Shown piece after piece: positions 55,372 through 64,000 of a DNA stretch of 64,000 nt (position 1 is its first letter; each line of letters opens with the position of its first letter). The notes below the pieces were generated by a model. That model saw only the letters and a list, made by a program, of their open reading frames with translations. It was not told where the DNA came from and did not search any database. Both the position numbers and the translations under genes were made by a program. The DNA is taken from the NCBI GenBank assembly GCA_963716255.1, contig OY970303.1, positions 5,440,001 through 5,504,000 on the forward strand, given 5' to 3'. The stretch comes from an uncultured Gemmatimonadales bacterium (lineage in GTDB: Bacteria; Gemmatimonadota; Gemmatimonadetes; Longimicrobiales; Longimicrobiaceae).

Positions 55372-56581
55372 GGCGAGGGCGGCCCGGGCGCGGCCGCGCG
55401 ACAGGTCGGCGCCGGCCGTCCGCCCCGCCGGGAAGCCGGCGCCCGGTCCGGGCGCGGAGGGGGTCTCCGTGCTGGTGGACGCGCGCGCCATCTTCGTCTC
55501 GGGGATCGGGCGCTACCTGCGCGAGGTCCTCCAGGCAGTGATCGCCGACCCGCGGTTCGGGCGCGTCCGGCTCCTGGGCGACCCGGCCGCGCTGGCCGAG
55601 TTCTGCGCCGGGGTGGCGGAGCCCGCCAAGACGGAGATCCACCCGTATCCCAGCGGCTTCTACAGCCCGCGCGCCCAGGCCGCCTGGCTGCGGCTGCGGG
55701 CCACGGGCCGCTGCGACTCGGACGTCGCCTTCTTCCCGCACTACGACGTCCCCCTCCTGGCGCTCCCGCGCCGCAGCGTGGTCACGGTCCAGGACCTGAT
55801 CCACTTCAAGGTCCCCTCCGCCTTTCCGGCCTGGCGCCGGCGCGCCGCCGGCGTGCTGCTGCGCCGCGCCGTGCAGGGCGCCGGCCGGGTGCTGGTGACC
55901 TCGCAGTCCACGCGCCGCGACCTGCTGGAGCGGTTTCCCGGGTGCGGCTCCAAGGTGGGCGTGGTGCCCCTGGGCGTCAGCCCGTTCTTCGCCGCGACGG
56001 CCGATGCCTCCTCCCCGGAGCGGATCGGCGGGCCGTACCTGCTGTGCGTGGGGAACCGCAAGCCGCACAAGAACCTCGTCGCGGCGGTGGAGACGCTGGC
56101 CCAGCTGCGCGCCGAGGCGCCGGAGCTGCGCCTGGCGATCGTGGGCGAGGTGTACCGGGGATGGGAAGAGGTGCTGCGGCGCGCCGGGGAGCTGGGCGTG
56201 CGGGACCGCGTGGTGGAGGTGGCGGGGGCGTCGGACGCGGAGCTGCGCTCGCTGTACGCCGGGTGCGAGGCGCTGCTCTTCCCCTCGCTGTACGAGGGCT
56301 TCGGGCTTCCCGCGCTGGAGGCGATGGCCGCCGGCGCGCCCGTGGTGGCCTCGGACCGCTCCTCGCTCCCGGAGGTGGTGGGCGACGCGGGGCTGCTGGC
56401 GGATCCCGAGGACCCCGCCGCCATGGCGGAGGCGGTGCGCCGCCTGCGGCGCGACCCGGAGCTGCGCGCCCGCCTGGTGCGGCGCGGGCGGGAGCGCGCG
56501 GCGTCGTACACCTGGGAGCGCACCGCGCGCGAGACCGCCGACGTCCTCCTGCGGGTGGCCGGCGCGGAGGCGCGCCCGTGA
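55355..56581 (+). CDS. Glycosyltransferase family 4
   Basis: 'SGIGRY', 'VGNRKPHKN', 'PSLYEGFGLPALEAMAAG'; start uncertain. Confidence 0.9.
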   Translation: MAGAPEARAARARPRDRSAPAVRPAGKPAPGPGAEGVSVLVDARAIFVSGIGRYLREVLQAVIADPRFGRVRLLGDPAALAEFCAGVAEPAKTEIHPYPSGFYSPRAQAAWLRLRATGRCDSDVAFFPHYDVPLLALPRRSVVTVQDLIHFKVPSAFPAWRRRAAGVLLRRAVQGAGRVLVTSQSTRRDLLERFPGCGSKVGVVPLGVSPFFAATADASSPERIGGPYLLCVGNRKPHKNLVAAVETLAQLRAEAPELRLAIVGEVYRGWEEVLRRAGELGVRDRVVEVAGASDAELRSLYAGCEALLFPSLYEGFGLPALEAMAAGAPVVASDRSSLPEVVGDAGLLADPEDPAAMAEAVRRLRRDPELRARLVRRGRERAASYTWERTARETADVLLRVAGAEARP

Positions 56582-56594
56582 GCCGGCCCGGGTG

Positions 56595-57869
56595 ATGGAG
56601 GCCGCGGCCGCGCGGCCGGGCGGCGAGCCCGGCGTCGTCCCCGCTCCCACGCGCTTCGAGAAGGCGGCCATCGGTCTGCTGGTCGCCTTCCTGCTGGTGT
56701 TCCCCAAGGGCGGGATCAAGCTGGGCGGGGTGCCGCTCACCTGGGGCTACATCGTCCTCGGCCTGGCCTTCGCCTGGCTCCCGCTGGCGCTGCTGCTGGG
56801 GCGCTCGGCTCCGGTGCGGACGGTGCGGCTCCTGGTGCCCGCGCTGCTCGTCCCCTTCCAGCTGGTCGTCTGGTGGGGGTTGCTCGCCAACGGCACGGAC
56901 GGGATGGGCTTCGCCATCTCGCTCGTGGTCAGCTTCTTCTTCATCCCCCTGATGCTCGTGCTGGTCCTGGGGATACACCTGGACCGCATCGACCTGCGCT
57001 TCCTCTTCCGGCTGGTCCGGTGGGGGGTGTTCGCCGTGGCCGTCTACGGCATCTTTCTGTTCTTCTACCGGCTCAAGACGGGGACCTTCATCGAGGTGCC
57101 CTTTCTGACGGTGAACGCGGGGGACGTGGGCGGGCTGGAGGACAAGTACATCGACCGCGGCGGGGTGTTCAAGCTCATCTCCACCTACAACAACGGCAAC
57201 ATCTACGGGGTCTCCATGCTGACCCTGCTGCCGCTGTACGCCTGGCTGGAGCGGAGCGTCCCCCGGCAGCTGGTGGTGAAGTTCTCGCTGCTGCTCACGC
57301 TGTCGCGCACGGTGTGGGTGGGGCTGATCCTGTTCGAGGTCCTGCACCGGGTGTGGGTGAAGCGGATCTCGCCGCGCGCCGTCGCCATGCTGCTCGCCTC
57401 GCTGCTGGTGGTGCTGGGGGGACTGTGGTACGCGCTGGACCTGATGGGGTGGGACGCGGCGCACCTGTTCGACCGCAGGCTGGGTGGGCGCGTGGGCCAG
57501 CTCGCGGCGCTGGAGGAGGCCACCGTGCTGCCTCACACGCGCTTCCGGGACATCCTGGAGATCGTGTACCTGGGGATCCTGCACAACTTCGGGATCGTGG
57601 GGTTGGCCGCCTACCTGCTGGCGATGAGCGGCCCGCTCCTGCTGTACGCCGCGCGGCTCCTGCCTTTCGCCGCCACCGAGTACAAGCGCAGCCTGGCGGC
57701 GGGGCTGGCGATCTACCTGGTGGTGTCGATGTCGGACGGGGCGCTGCTCTTCATCCCGGTCATGGTGTTCTTCTGGTTCGTGGCGTCGCTGCTCGTTTCC
57801 GACAACCCCTCGTTCCGGGCGCTGGAGCCGCCCGCGGGCGGGGGCGGCCGTGTCCGCGCGACGGCGTGA
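56595..57869 (+). CDS. Multi-TM membrane protein, probable Wzy polymerase
   Basis: ~10-11 hydrophobic segments with periplasmic loops ('ISTYNNGNIYG', 'LTLSRT'); position in EPS cluster. Confidence 0.6.
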   Translation: MEAAAARPGGEPGVVPAPTRFEKAAIGLLVAFLLVFPKGGIKLGGVPLTWGYIVLGLAFAWLPLALLLGRSAPVRTVRLLVPALLVPFQLVVWWGLLANGTDGMGFAISLVVSFFFIPLMLVLVLGIHLDRIDLRFLFRLVRWGVFAVAVYGIFLFFYRLKTGTFIEVPFLTVNAGDVGGLEDKYIDRGGVFKLISTYNNGNIYGVSMLTLLPLYAWLERSVPRQLVVKFSLLLTLSRTVWVGLILFEVLHRVWVKRISPRAVAMLLASLLVVLGGLWYALDLMGWDAAHLFDRRLGGRVGQLAALEEATVLPHTRFRDILEIVYLGILHNFGIVGLAAYLLAMSGPLLLYAARLLPFAATEYKRSLAAGLAIYLVVSMSDGALLFIPVMVFFWFVASLLVSDNPSFRALEPPAGGGGRVRATA

Positions 57870-57918
57870 CCCCTCTCCTTCCGACGTTCCGCCGGGACCC
57901 CCGGCCCACCGACCTGCG

Positions 57919-59043
57919 ATGAAGCGGATCCTGTTCGTCGACCACACGCCCTTCGTCGGGGGGGCGCAGCTCGTCATCGCCGACCACATCCGGCACCTGG
58001 ACCGGACGCGGTTCACCCCGCTGATGGCCTGCACGCCGACGGTGCCCGCGCTGGTGGAGCGCTACCGGGCCGCGGGCGCGGAGGTGTTCTTCACCCCGCT
58101 GCCGCGCCTGCGGGTGCGCAGCCCCGTGGCGGTCGTGCGTCTGCTGGGGGCCGCGCGGGCGCTGCGCCGGCTGATCCGCCGCGAGCGCGCGGACGTCGTG
58201 GTGGCCAACACCTCGCGCGCGGCGTACGTGGCGAGCCTTGCGGTGAAGGGGACGGGGGTGCCGCTGGTGTGGTGGGTGCGCGACTTCCTCTTCGGCGACC
58301 TGGCGTTCCGGCTGATGAGCGGGGCCCCGGCGAAGATCGTGTGCGTGTCGCAGGCGATCCGCGACTTCTACGGGGGTGCCGCCGACCCGCGCTTCGAGGT
58401 GGTCTACGTGGGCAACGACCTGTACCGCCGCGCCGCGGAGGTCGCCGACGAGCGCGTCCGCGTCGAGCGGGAGCGCTGGGGCTTCGGGCCGGAGGACTTC
58501 GTGGTGGGCTTCATGGGGCGGCTGGTGGAGGAGAAGGGGGTGGAGGACGTGGTCGCCGCCGTGGAGGAGGCGCACCGCCGCCACCCGCGCGTGAAGCTGC
58601 TCGTGGTGGGCACGGGGAGCGGCCAGGCCTTCAACGTGGAGGCGCGGGTCCGCCAGGCGGTCGCCGTGCGCAAGCTCGGCTTCGTGCGGTTCGCCGGCTA
58701 CCAGGCGGACGAGGCGCTGTACTACCGCCTGTTCGACGCGTTCGTGCTCGCCACGCGCACCGCGGAGCCGTACGCGACCTCGGTGGTGCAGGCGATGATG
58801 GCGGGGAAGCCGGTGGTGGGAACCGCGACCGGGGGGACGCCGGAGCTGGTGCGCGACCGCGAGACCGGGATGCTGGTGCCCCCCTCGGCGCCGCGCGAGA
58901 TGGCCGCCGCGCTGCGCGCGCTGCTGGAGGACCCGGGGCTGGCGTCGCGCGTGGCGGAGGCGGGGCACGCCTACGTGATGGAGCACAACCGCGAGGAAGT
59001 GACCACCGCCCGGGTGGAGCGTCTGTACGACGAGCTGGCCTGA
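57919..59043 (+). CDS. Glycosyltransferase family 4
   Basis: 'GGAQ', 'GRLVEEKG', 'EPYATSVVQAMMAGKPVV'. Confidence 0.88.
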   Translation: MKRILFVDHTPFVGGAQLVIADHIRHLDRTRFTPLMACTPTVPALVERYRAAGAEVFFTPLPRLRVRSPVAVVRLLGAARALRRLIRRERADVVVANTSRAAYVASLAVKGTGVPLVWWVRDFLFGDLAFRLMSGAPAKIVCVSQAIRDFYGGAADPRFEVVYVGNDLYRRAAEVADERVRVERERWGFGPEDFVVGFMGRLVEEKGVEDVVAAVEEAHRRHPRVKLLVVGTGSGQAFNVEARVRQAVAVRKLGFVRFAGYQADEALYYRLFDAFVLATRTAEPYATSVVQAMMAGKPVVGTATGGTPELVRDRETGMLVPPSAPREMAAALRALLEDPGLASRVAEAGHAYVMEHNREEVTTARVERLYDELA

Positions 59044-59072
59044 CCCGCGAGCGGACGCCAGCGCGATGCCCT

Positions 59073-59219
59073 GCGTGAGGGATTTCGGCCCGAAGGGGCG
59101 AGACCGCGCGGCTGTTTGCGCGGGCTCGACTCCGTTACGCAGCGTTGTTTGCTGCGTTACGGAGCCGAAGCCCGACCCCGGCGCCCGCCGGGGGCACGCC
59201 CGACCCGGCCGTTAAAAGC
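59073..59219 (-). repeat. Structured ~150-nt dispersed element, copy 4
   Basis: Reverse complement matches the consensus; begins just after the GT2 stop codon. Confidence 0.95.
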
Positions 59220-59222
59220 CGT

Positions 59223-60278
59223 TCAAGCCGCGTTGCGCTGCGGCCTGGCGGCCCCACGGCCGGCGGCGGGACTGGTGGCCGGAGAGGACGCGCGGAACCG
59301 GTCCCGGAGCGAGTAGGCGGCCCCCAGAAAGTCTACCCGCGACACCGCGGAGGCCATCCCCAGGGCGGCGCGGGCGCGGTCGGAAAGGGTGTCGGCGCGG
59401 GCCAGCGCACTGGTGAAGGCGGAGAGCGCCGCGCGGAACTCGCGGCCGCTCAGGTGGGCGGCGCCCCGCACGATGTCGCCGGAGACCAGGGCCCGGGAGC
59501 GCACGCCGGCGTGCCACCCCAGCGAGTCGAGCGTGGAGGGATCCAGCCGGCGCTCCATCTCCATGACCACCTGGAGGTGCTGGGCGTCCATCTGGTGCTT
59601 GTGCCCGCGGGTGGTCTGCTGGCCGTGGATGCGGTAGTGGCCCAGTACCTGGTTGAGGAAGCAGCCGTAGCCGGGGTTGGTCGCGGCGATCCACAGCCAG
59701 GTGGGGAGGTCCACGTACAGGCTGGAGCCGGCCTGCCGGAACCCCCCGGCGCGGTCCAGCACCGACCTGCGGACCATGACCGTGACCGTGGGGGTGAGCA
59801 GGTTGACGCGGGTGAGGCGGCGGAACAGCTCGGCGCTGGGGAACAGCTCGGCGCTCCGGCGGGTGTGCACCGACACGCGCTCGCCGCACGGCCGCCCGTC
59901 GTCGTCCACCAGCGCGCCGCGGCCCCAGCTCAGCAGCACGCCGGGGTCGTCGAAGGTGGGGACCTGGGCGGCCAGCTTGTCGGCGGGCCACAGGTCGTCG
60001 CCCTCCAGGATGGCGACCAGCTCGCCGCGCGCCGCCGCCAGCGCAGTGTTGTAGCTCTCGCCCAGCGCGGCGAGCCCCCGGTGCGGGAGACGGATGCAGC
60101 GGATCCGCGGGTCGCGGTAGCCGTCCACGATGTCCGGGGTGCCGTCGGTGGAGCCGTCGTCGACGACGATCTGCTCCCAGTGGGGGTACGTCTGCGCGAG
60201 GACGCTCTCGACACACTCGGCGATGTATCGCTTCTGGTTGTACGACGGGGTGACGATCGTGACCAGGGGGCTCTTCAT
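59223..60278 (-). CDS. Glycosyltransferase family 2
   Basis: 'VTIVTPSYNQ', 'IVVDDGSTDGT', 'LEGDD'; ATG at 60278. Confidence 0.92.
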   Translation of the reverse strand: MKSPLVTIVTPSYNQKRYIAECVESVLAQTYPHWEQIVVDDGSTDGTPDIVDGYRDPRIRCIRLPHRGLAALGESYNTALAAARGELVAILEGDDLWPADKLAAQVPTFDDPGVLLSWGRGALVDDDGRPCGERVSVHTRRSAELFPSAELFRRLTRVNLLTPTVTVMVRRSVLDRAGGFRQAGSSLYVDLPTWLWIAATNPGYGCFLNQVLGHYRIHGQQTTRGHKHQMDAQHLQVVMEMERRLDPSTLDSLGWHAGVRSRALVSGDIVRGAAHLSGREFRAALSAFTSALARADTLSDRARAALGMASAVSRVDFLGAAYSLRDRFRASSPATSPAAGRGAARPQRNAA

Positions 60279-60554
60279 GCCGCCGGCGTACGGGGAGCGT
60301 GAATGCGTGGCGAGTTTCTGCATGGCGCAGAAATGTATGGCTTTACGGCGCCGCCGCAACCTCCGTTCCCGCGGGGCGGCGCCACACACACGGGAGGCGG
60401 CGTGCTGCCCTGTTTTTCGGATTCTCCACGGGCCGGAGCGGGCCCCGCGCCGGGGGCGCATGCCTCGACACCGCGCGGGCTTGGGCTTAGATTCGTCCGC
60501 TTCCGGATCCGGCCCCGCGGCGTGGGGGTGGACCGCCCGCTCCCTGGCAATGGC

Positions 60555-61562
60555 ATGATGCTCCGCTGGCTTTTTCTGCTCCTGCTGGTGCTTTCCGCGG
60601 CCTGCGACCCGTGCGCGGGGATCGGGGCGTGCGCCGAGCCCCAGCTCCGCTACACGGGCATCGTCACCACGCTCTTCCCGGACTACCCGGCGCGCGACGT
60701 GCGCGTGGAGTTCGTCCGCAGGGGCGGGGTGGGGCTCGAGGACGCGAAGCTCACGGCCGTCAGCGACTCCGCCGGCGTGTTCCTGCTGGAGGGACGCGCG
60801 CAGGAGGAGGGCAGGGTCACGGGCGACCTGGTCTTCTACCCGCCGACGCCCATCGCACCGGTGACCATCACGGGGGTGGAGATGTCCACCGCCCGCGCTC
60901 CCGGGGAGCTGCGCAGGCTGGGCACCTGGATGATCCCGTACCCCTTCTTCGCGTACAAGGGCGTCCTCTTCCACCGCAACGACGGTCAGCCGCCCGCCAA
61001 GGGGATCGAGGTGGAGTTCCGGCGCACGGGCGGGATCCCCATCTACCCGGACACCTTCACGGTGCTGTCGGACGAGCGCGGCCAGTTCGACCTGCGCCCC
61101 AAGACCTCGGTGTCGGGCGAGGTGACGGGCAACGTGACGGTGCACCTCCTCCCGCCCTACCAGCCGTACGTGGTCCGCGGGATCCGGCTCTCGACGTTCA
61201 CCATCCCGCGGATCGACTCGCTCATCCCGCTCCCCATCGGGTACGGGCTGCCGTACTCGGCGCTGCTCACCTGGGAGGTCGGCGGCCGGCCGGCGGCGGG
61301 GGTGGAGGTGGAGTTCCGCAGGACCGGCGGCGTCCGCACCTACCCCGAGCGCTTCGTGACCCGCACCGACGCCTTCGGCACCGTGCTCCTGAACCCCGCG
61401 CCGCTGGAAAGCGGGGAGCTGGTGGGCGACGTGGTGGCGCGCCTGCCGGCGCCGCGCGGCGAGGTGGTGGTCATCCCCGGGCTGCGGCTGCGCACGGTGG
61501 AGGACAGCCGCCCCACGCAGTTCCTGGGCTTCTTCCGCGTCCCCGGAGGCCCCGATGCGTGA
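60555..61562 (+). CDS. Hypothetical lipoprotein with three tandem ~100-aa beta-rich repeats
   Basis: Lipobox 'VLSAAC'; three copies of 'PA..V.VEF.R.GG.....(S/T)D..G'. Confidence 0.75.
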   Translation: MMLRWLFLLLLVLSAACDPCAGIGACAEPQLRYTGIVTTLFPDYPARDVRVEFVRRGGVGLEDAKLTAVSDSAGVFLLEGRAQEEGRVTGDLVFYPPTPIAPVTITGVEMSTARAPGELRRLGTWMIPYPFFAYKGVLFHRNDGQPPAKGIEVEFRRTGGIPIYPDTFTVLSDERGQFDLRPKTSVSGEVTGNVTVHLLPPYQPYVVRGIRLSTFTIPRIDSLIPLPIGYGLPYSALLTWEVGGRPAAGVEVEFRRTGGVRTYPERFVTRTDAFGTVLLNPAPLESGELVGDVVARLPAPRGEVVVIPGLRLRTVEDSRPTQFLGFFRVPGGPDA

Positions 61563-62061
61563 GCGCTTCTGCGCCGCCCGCCGGGCCGCGGCGCCGTGCG
61601 CCGCGCTGCTCGCGCTGGCCGCGTGCTCCCCGGACAAGGAGGTGCTGCCCGGCACCGGCGCCGACCTGGACTTCCCGCCGGTCTCGGGGACGTGGTCGTA
61701 CGCCGCGCCCGAGGTGCGGCTCGCCGGGACGGCCGGCGAGGCGCCCTGCCAGATCACCGGGGTGGTGCTGACCATCAACCAGTTCCGCTACAAGGGCGAG
61801 CTGGTGGGCGACTTCGACGGGCGCACGGCCGGCGGCTCGCTCGCCTGCCGCGGCGACCTGAGCTCGCTCAGCGGCGCCCTGCAGGCGTACCCGGTGGGGC
61901 AGGGCTACGCCCTCAACCGCGACATCGCCTTCAACATCGGCACGCTGGACTGGCGCCACGCCGGCTTCGTGGCGGGCGACTCCATGAGCGGCACCTTCGT
62001 CCTGAAGCAGGGCTCCCTCCGCTTCGAGGGGAAGTTCGTGGCGAAGCGCACCGCGCGGTGA
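61555..62061 (+). CDS. Hypothetical lipoprotein (beta-rich)
   Basis: Lipobox 'LALAAC'; 'VSGTWSY' and 'SMSGTF' strands; overlaps the upstream gene. Confidence 0.7.
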   Translation: MRERFCAARRAAAPCAALLALAACSPDKEVLPGTGADLDFPPVSGTWSYAAPEVRLAGTAGEAPCQITGVVLTINQFRYKGELVGDFDGRTAGGSLACRGDLSSLSGALQAYPVGQGYALNRDIAFNIGTLDWRHAGFVAGDSMSGTFVLKQGSLRFEGKFVAKRTAR

Positions 62062-62085
62062 CCTTCCCCGCAGAAGAGGGCCGCA

Positions 62086-62211
62086 GGCCCTCACCCGGCT
62101 CGCTCGAGGCTCGCCACCCTCTCCCAATCCTGGGAGAGGGGGCTAACTGCTGGTGCCGTGCCGTGCTCCCCCTCTCCCGCTTGCGGGGGAGGGGGCCGGG
62201 GGGAGGGGGCC
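62086..62211. repeat. REP/MITE-like palindromic element of CCCTCTCCC...GGGAGAGGG type
   Basis: Two hairpins CCCTCTCCCA-atcc-TGGGAGAGGG and CCCCCTCTCCCGC-tt-GCGGGGGAGGGGG within imperfect terminal inverted repeats. Confidence 0.7.
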
Positions 62212-62218
62212 CGCCGTC

Positions 62219-62365
62219 GCGTGAGGGATTCCGGCCCGAAGGGGCGAGACCGCGCGGCTGTTTGCGCGGGCTCGACTCCGTTGGGCTGCGTTGTTTGCAG
62301 CCCTACGGAGCCGAAGCCCGACCCCGGCGCCAGCCGGGGTCACGCCCGAACCGGTCGTCGAAAGC
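62219..62365 (-). repeat. Structured ~150-nt dispersed element, copy 5
   Basis: Reverse complement matches the consensus; variant stem GGGCTGC/GCAGCCC. Confidence 0.95.
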
Positions 62366-62379
62366 CGTAAGGACTCGCC

Positions 62380-63885
62380 ATGTCTGACGTCGCGGCGAGA
62401 ACGGGAGGCCGGCTCCTGGCGCGCAACTCGGCGCTCAACCTGGTGGGGTGGGTGCTCCCCATGGCGGCGGCGCTGGTCACAGTGCCCCTGCTGATCCGCG
62501 GGCTGGGGGCCGAGCGGTTCGGGATCCTGACGGTGGGCTGGGTGGTGCTGGGCTACTTCGGCCTGTTCGACCTGGGCGTGGGCCGCGCGCTCACCAAGAT
62601 GGTGTCCGAGCGGCTGGGCACCGAGCACGCGGACGAGCTCCCGCCGCTGGTGTGGACGGCGCTGCTGCTGATGTTCCTGCTGGGCGCGGCAGGGGCCGTG
62701 GTCCTCGCCCTGCTGGCCCCGTGGCTGGTGGGCCACGCGCTCAAGATCTCGCCGGAGTACGAGGGCGAGGCGCTGAGGACGCTCTACCTCCTCGCCTTTT
62801 CCCTCCCCTGGGTCATCAGCGCCACCGGCTTCTCCGGGATCCTGGAGGCGAACCAGAGCTTCGGGCTGGTGAGCGGGCTGCGCGTGCCCATGGGGCTGTT
62901 CACCTACCTCAGCCCGCTGGCGGTGCTCCCCTTTTCCCACAGCCTGGTGCCGGTGATCGCCCTGCTGGTGGCGGGGCGCGTCGTGGCGTGGGCGGCGCAC
63001 CTGGCGGCCTGCCTGCACGTGCTCCCGCTGCTCAGGCGCCGGGTGGGGGTGGAGTGGGGGCGGGCGCGCGGGCTGATGCAGCTGGGCGGCTGGATGACGG
63101 TGTCCAACGTGGTCAGCCCGCTGATGACGTACTTCGACCGGTTCCTGATCGGCGGGCTGATCTCCATGGCGGCGGTGGCCTACTACGTCACCCCGTACGA
63201 GCTGGTCACCAAGCTGCTCATGATCCCCACCGCGCTCTTCGGGGTGCTCTTCCCGGCGCTGGCGGCCACCTTCGTCCTGGACCGCTCGCGAACCGAGCTG
63301 CTGCTGGGCCGCGGGGTGCGTGCCCTGTTCCTGCTGATGTTCCCGGTGACGCTGGTGGTGGTCACGCTGGCGGAGGAGGGGATGCGCCTGTGGCTGGGGA
63401 GCGCGTTCGCGAGCCAGAGCTCGGGGGTGCTCCAGTGGCTGGCGGTGGGCGTGTTCATCAACTGCCTGGCCCAGGCCCCTTTCTCGCTCATCCACGGGGC
63501 GGGCCGCCCGGACATCACCGGCAAGCTCCACCTGGTGGAGCTGCCGCTGTACGCCGGGGCCATCTACTTCCTGTCGCGGGCCTTCGGGCTGGAGGGGGTG
63601 GCGATGGCCTGGGTGCTCCGGGTGGCGGTGGACACGACGGTGCTGTACGTCGCCGCGGGGCGCTTTCTCCCGGGCGGGACGCGGCTGGTGTGGAGCGTCG
63701 CCCGCATGGTGGCCGTCGCGCTCCCGCTCTTCGGGGTGGGGATCCTGCTGCGGGAGAGCCTGGCGGGCAAGCTGTTCTTTCTCGCCGCCACGGTGCTGGT
63801 GTTCGTGCTGTTCGGCTGGTACCGTGTGCTCCAGCCGGCGGAGCGTGCCCTGTTCCAGCGGCGGCAGCCGGCGCTGGACGTGTAG
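62380..63885 (+). CDS. wzx: Wzx-family flippase
   Basis: 'LARNSALNL', 'LGAERFG', 'DLGV', 'FDRFLIG', ~14 TM segments. Confidence 0.9.
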   Translation: MSDVAARTGGRLLARNSALNLVGWVLPMAAALVTVPLLIRGLGAERFGILTVGWVVLGYFGLFDLGVGRALTKMVSERLGTEHADELPPLVWTALLLMFLLGAAGAVVLALLAPWLVGHALKISPEYEGEALRTLYLLAFSLPWVISATGFSGILEANQSFGLVSGLRVPMGLFTYLSPLAVLPFSHSLVPVIALLVAGRVVAWAAHLAACLHVLPLLRRRVGVEWGRARGLMQLGGWMTVSNVVSPLMTYFDRFLIGGLISMAAVAYYVTPYELVTKLLMIPTALFGVLFPALAATFVLDRSRTELLLGRGVRALFLLMFPVTLVVVTLAEEGMRLWLGSAFASQSSGVLQWLAVGVFINCLAQAPFSLIHGAGRPDITGKLHLVELPLYAGAIYFLSRAFGLEGVAMAWVLRVAVDTTVLYVAAGRFLPGGTRLVWSVARMVAVALPLFGVGILLRESLAGKLFFLAATVLVFVLFGWYRVLQPAERALFQRRQPALDV

Positions 63886-63887
63886 CT

Positions 63888-64000
63888 GCTTTGTAACGGC
63901 GGGTTTGGGCGTGCCCCCGGCTGGCGCCGGGGTCGGGCTTCGGCTCCGTAAAGCACGATACTACCGTGCTTAACGGAGTCGAGCCCCGGCAAACTGCCGC
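63888..64000 (+). repeat. Structured dispersed element, copy 6 (cut by window end)
   Basis: Matches the consensus through the start of hairpin C; variant stem AAGCACG/CGTGCTT. Confidence 0.93.

Overview
GC-rich bacterial chromosomal window. Gene content and divergent RpoA/RpoB suggest Gemmatimonadota (Longimicrobium-like), which is inference only. 1-4.6 kb: end of an alkA-ogt alkylation-repair pair and a TetR-HlyD-ABC efflux operon. 4.8-41.7 kb: the core translation/transcription supercluster (tRNA-Thr, tuf, rpmG, secE-nusG, rplKAJL, rpoBC, an antisense acyl-CoA synthetase, str, S10, spc and alpha operons), followed by convergent rpmB. 42.4-64 kb: a Wzx/Wzy-type exopolysaccharide/capsule locus with heme-pathway genes (cobA-hemD, hemB) interleaved. 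The most striking unexplained feature is a ~150-nt non-coding element present six times (3 on each strand). It shows clear compensatory base changes in three helices, invariant loops and junctions, no target duplication and no transposase in the window. I cannot assign it to a known family; it is a candidate novel structured RNA or mobile element. RpoB is also very long (~1772 aa) because of three large insertions. Start codons were chosen by eye, and no database searches or folding computations were run.
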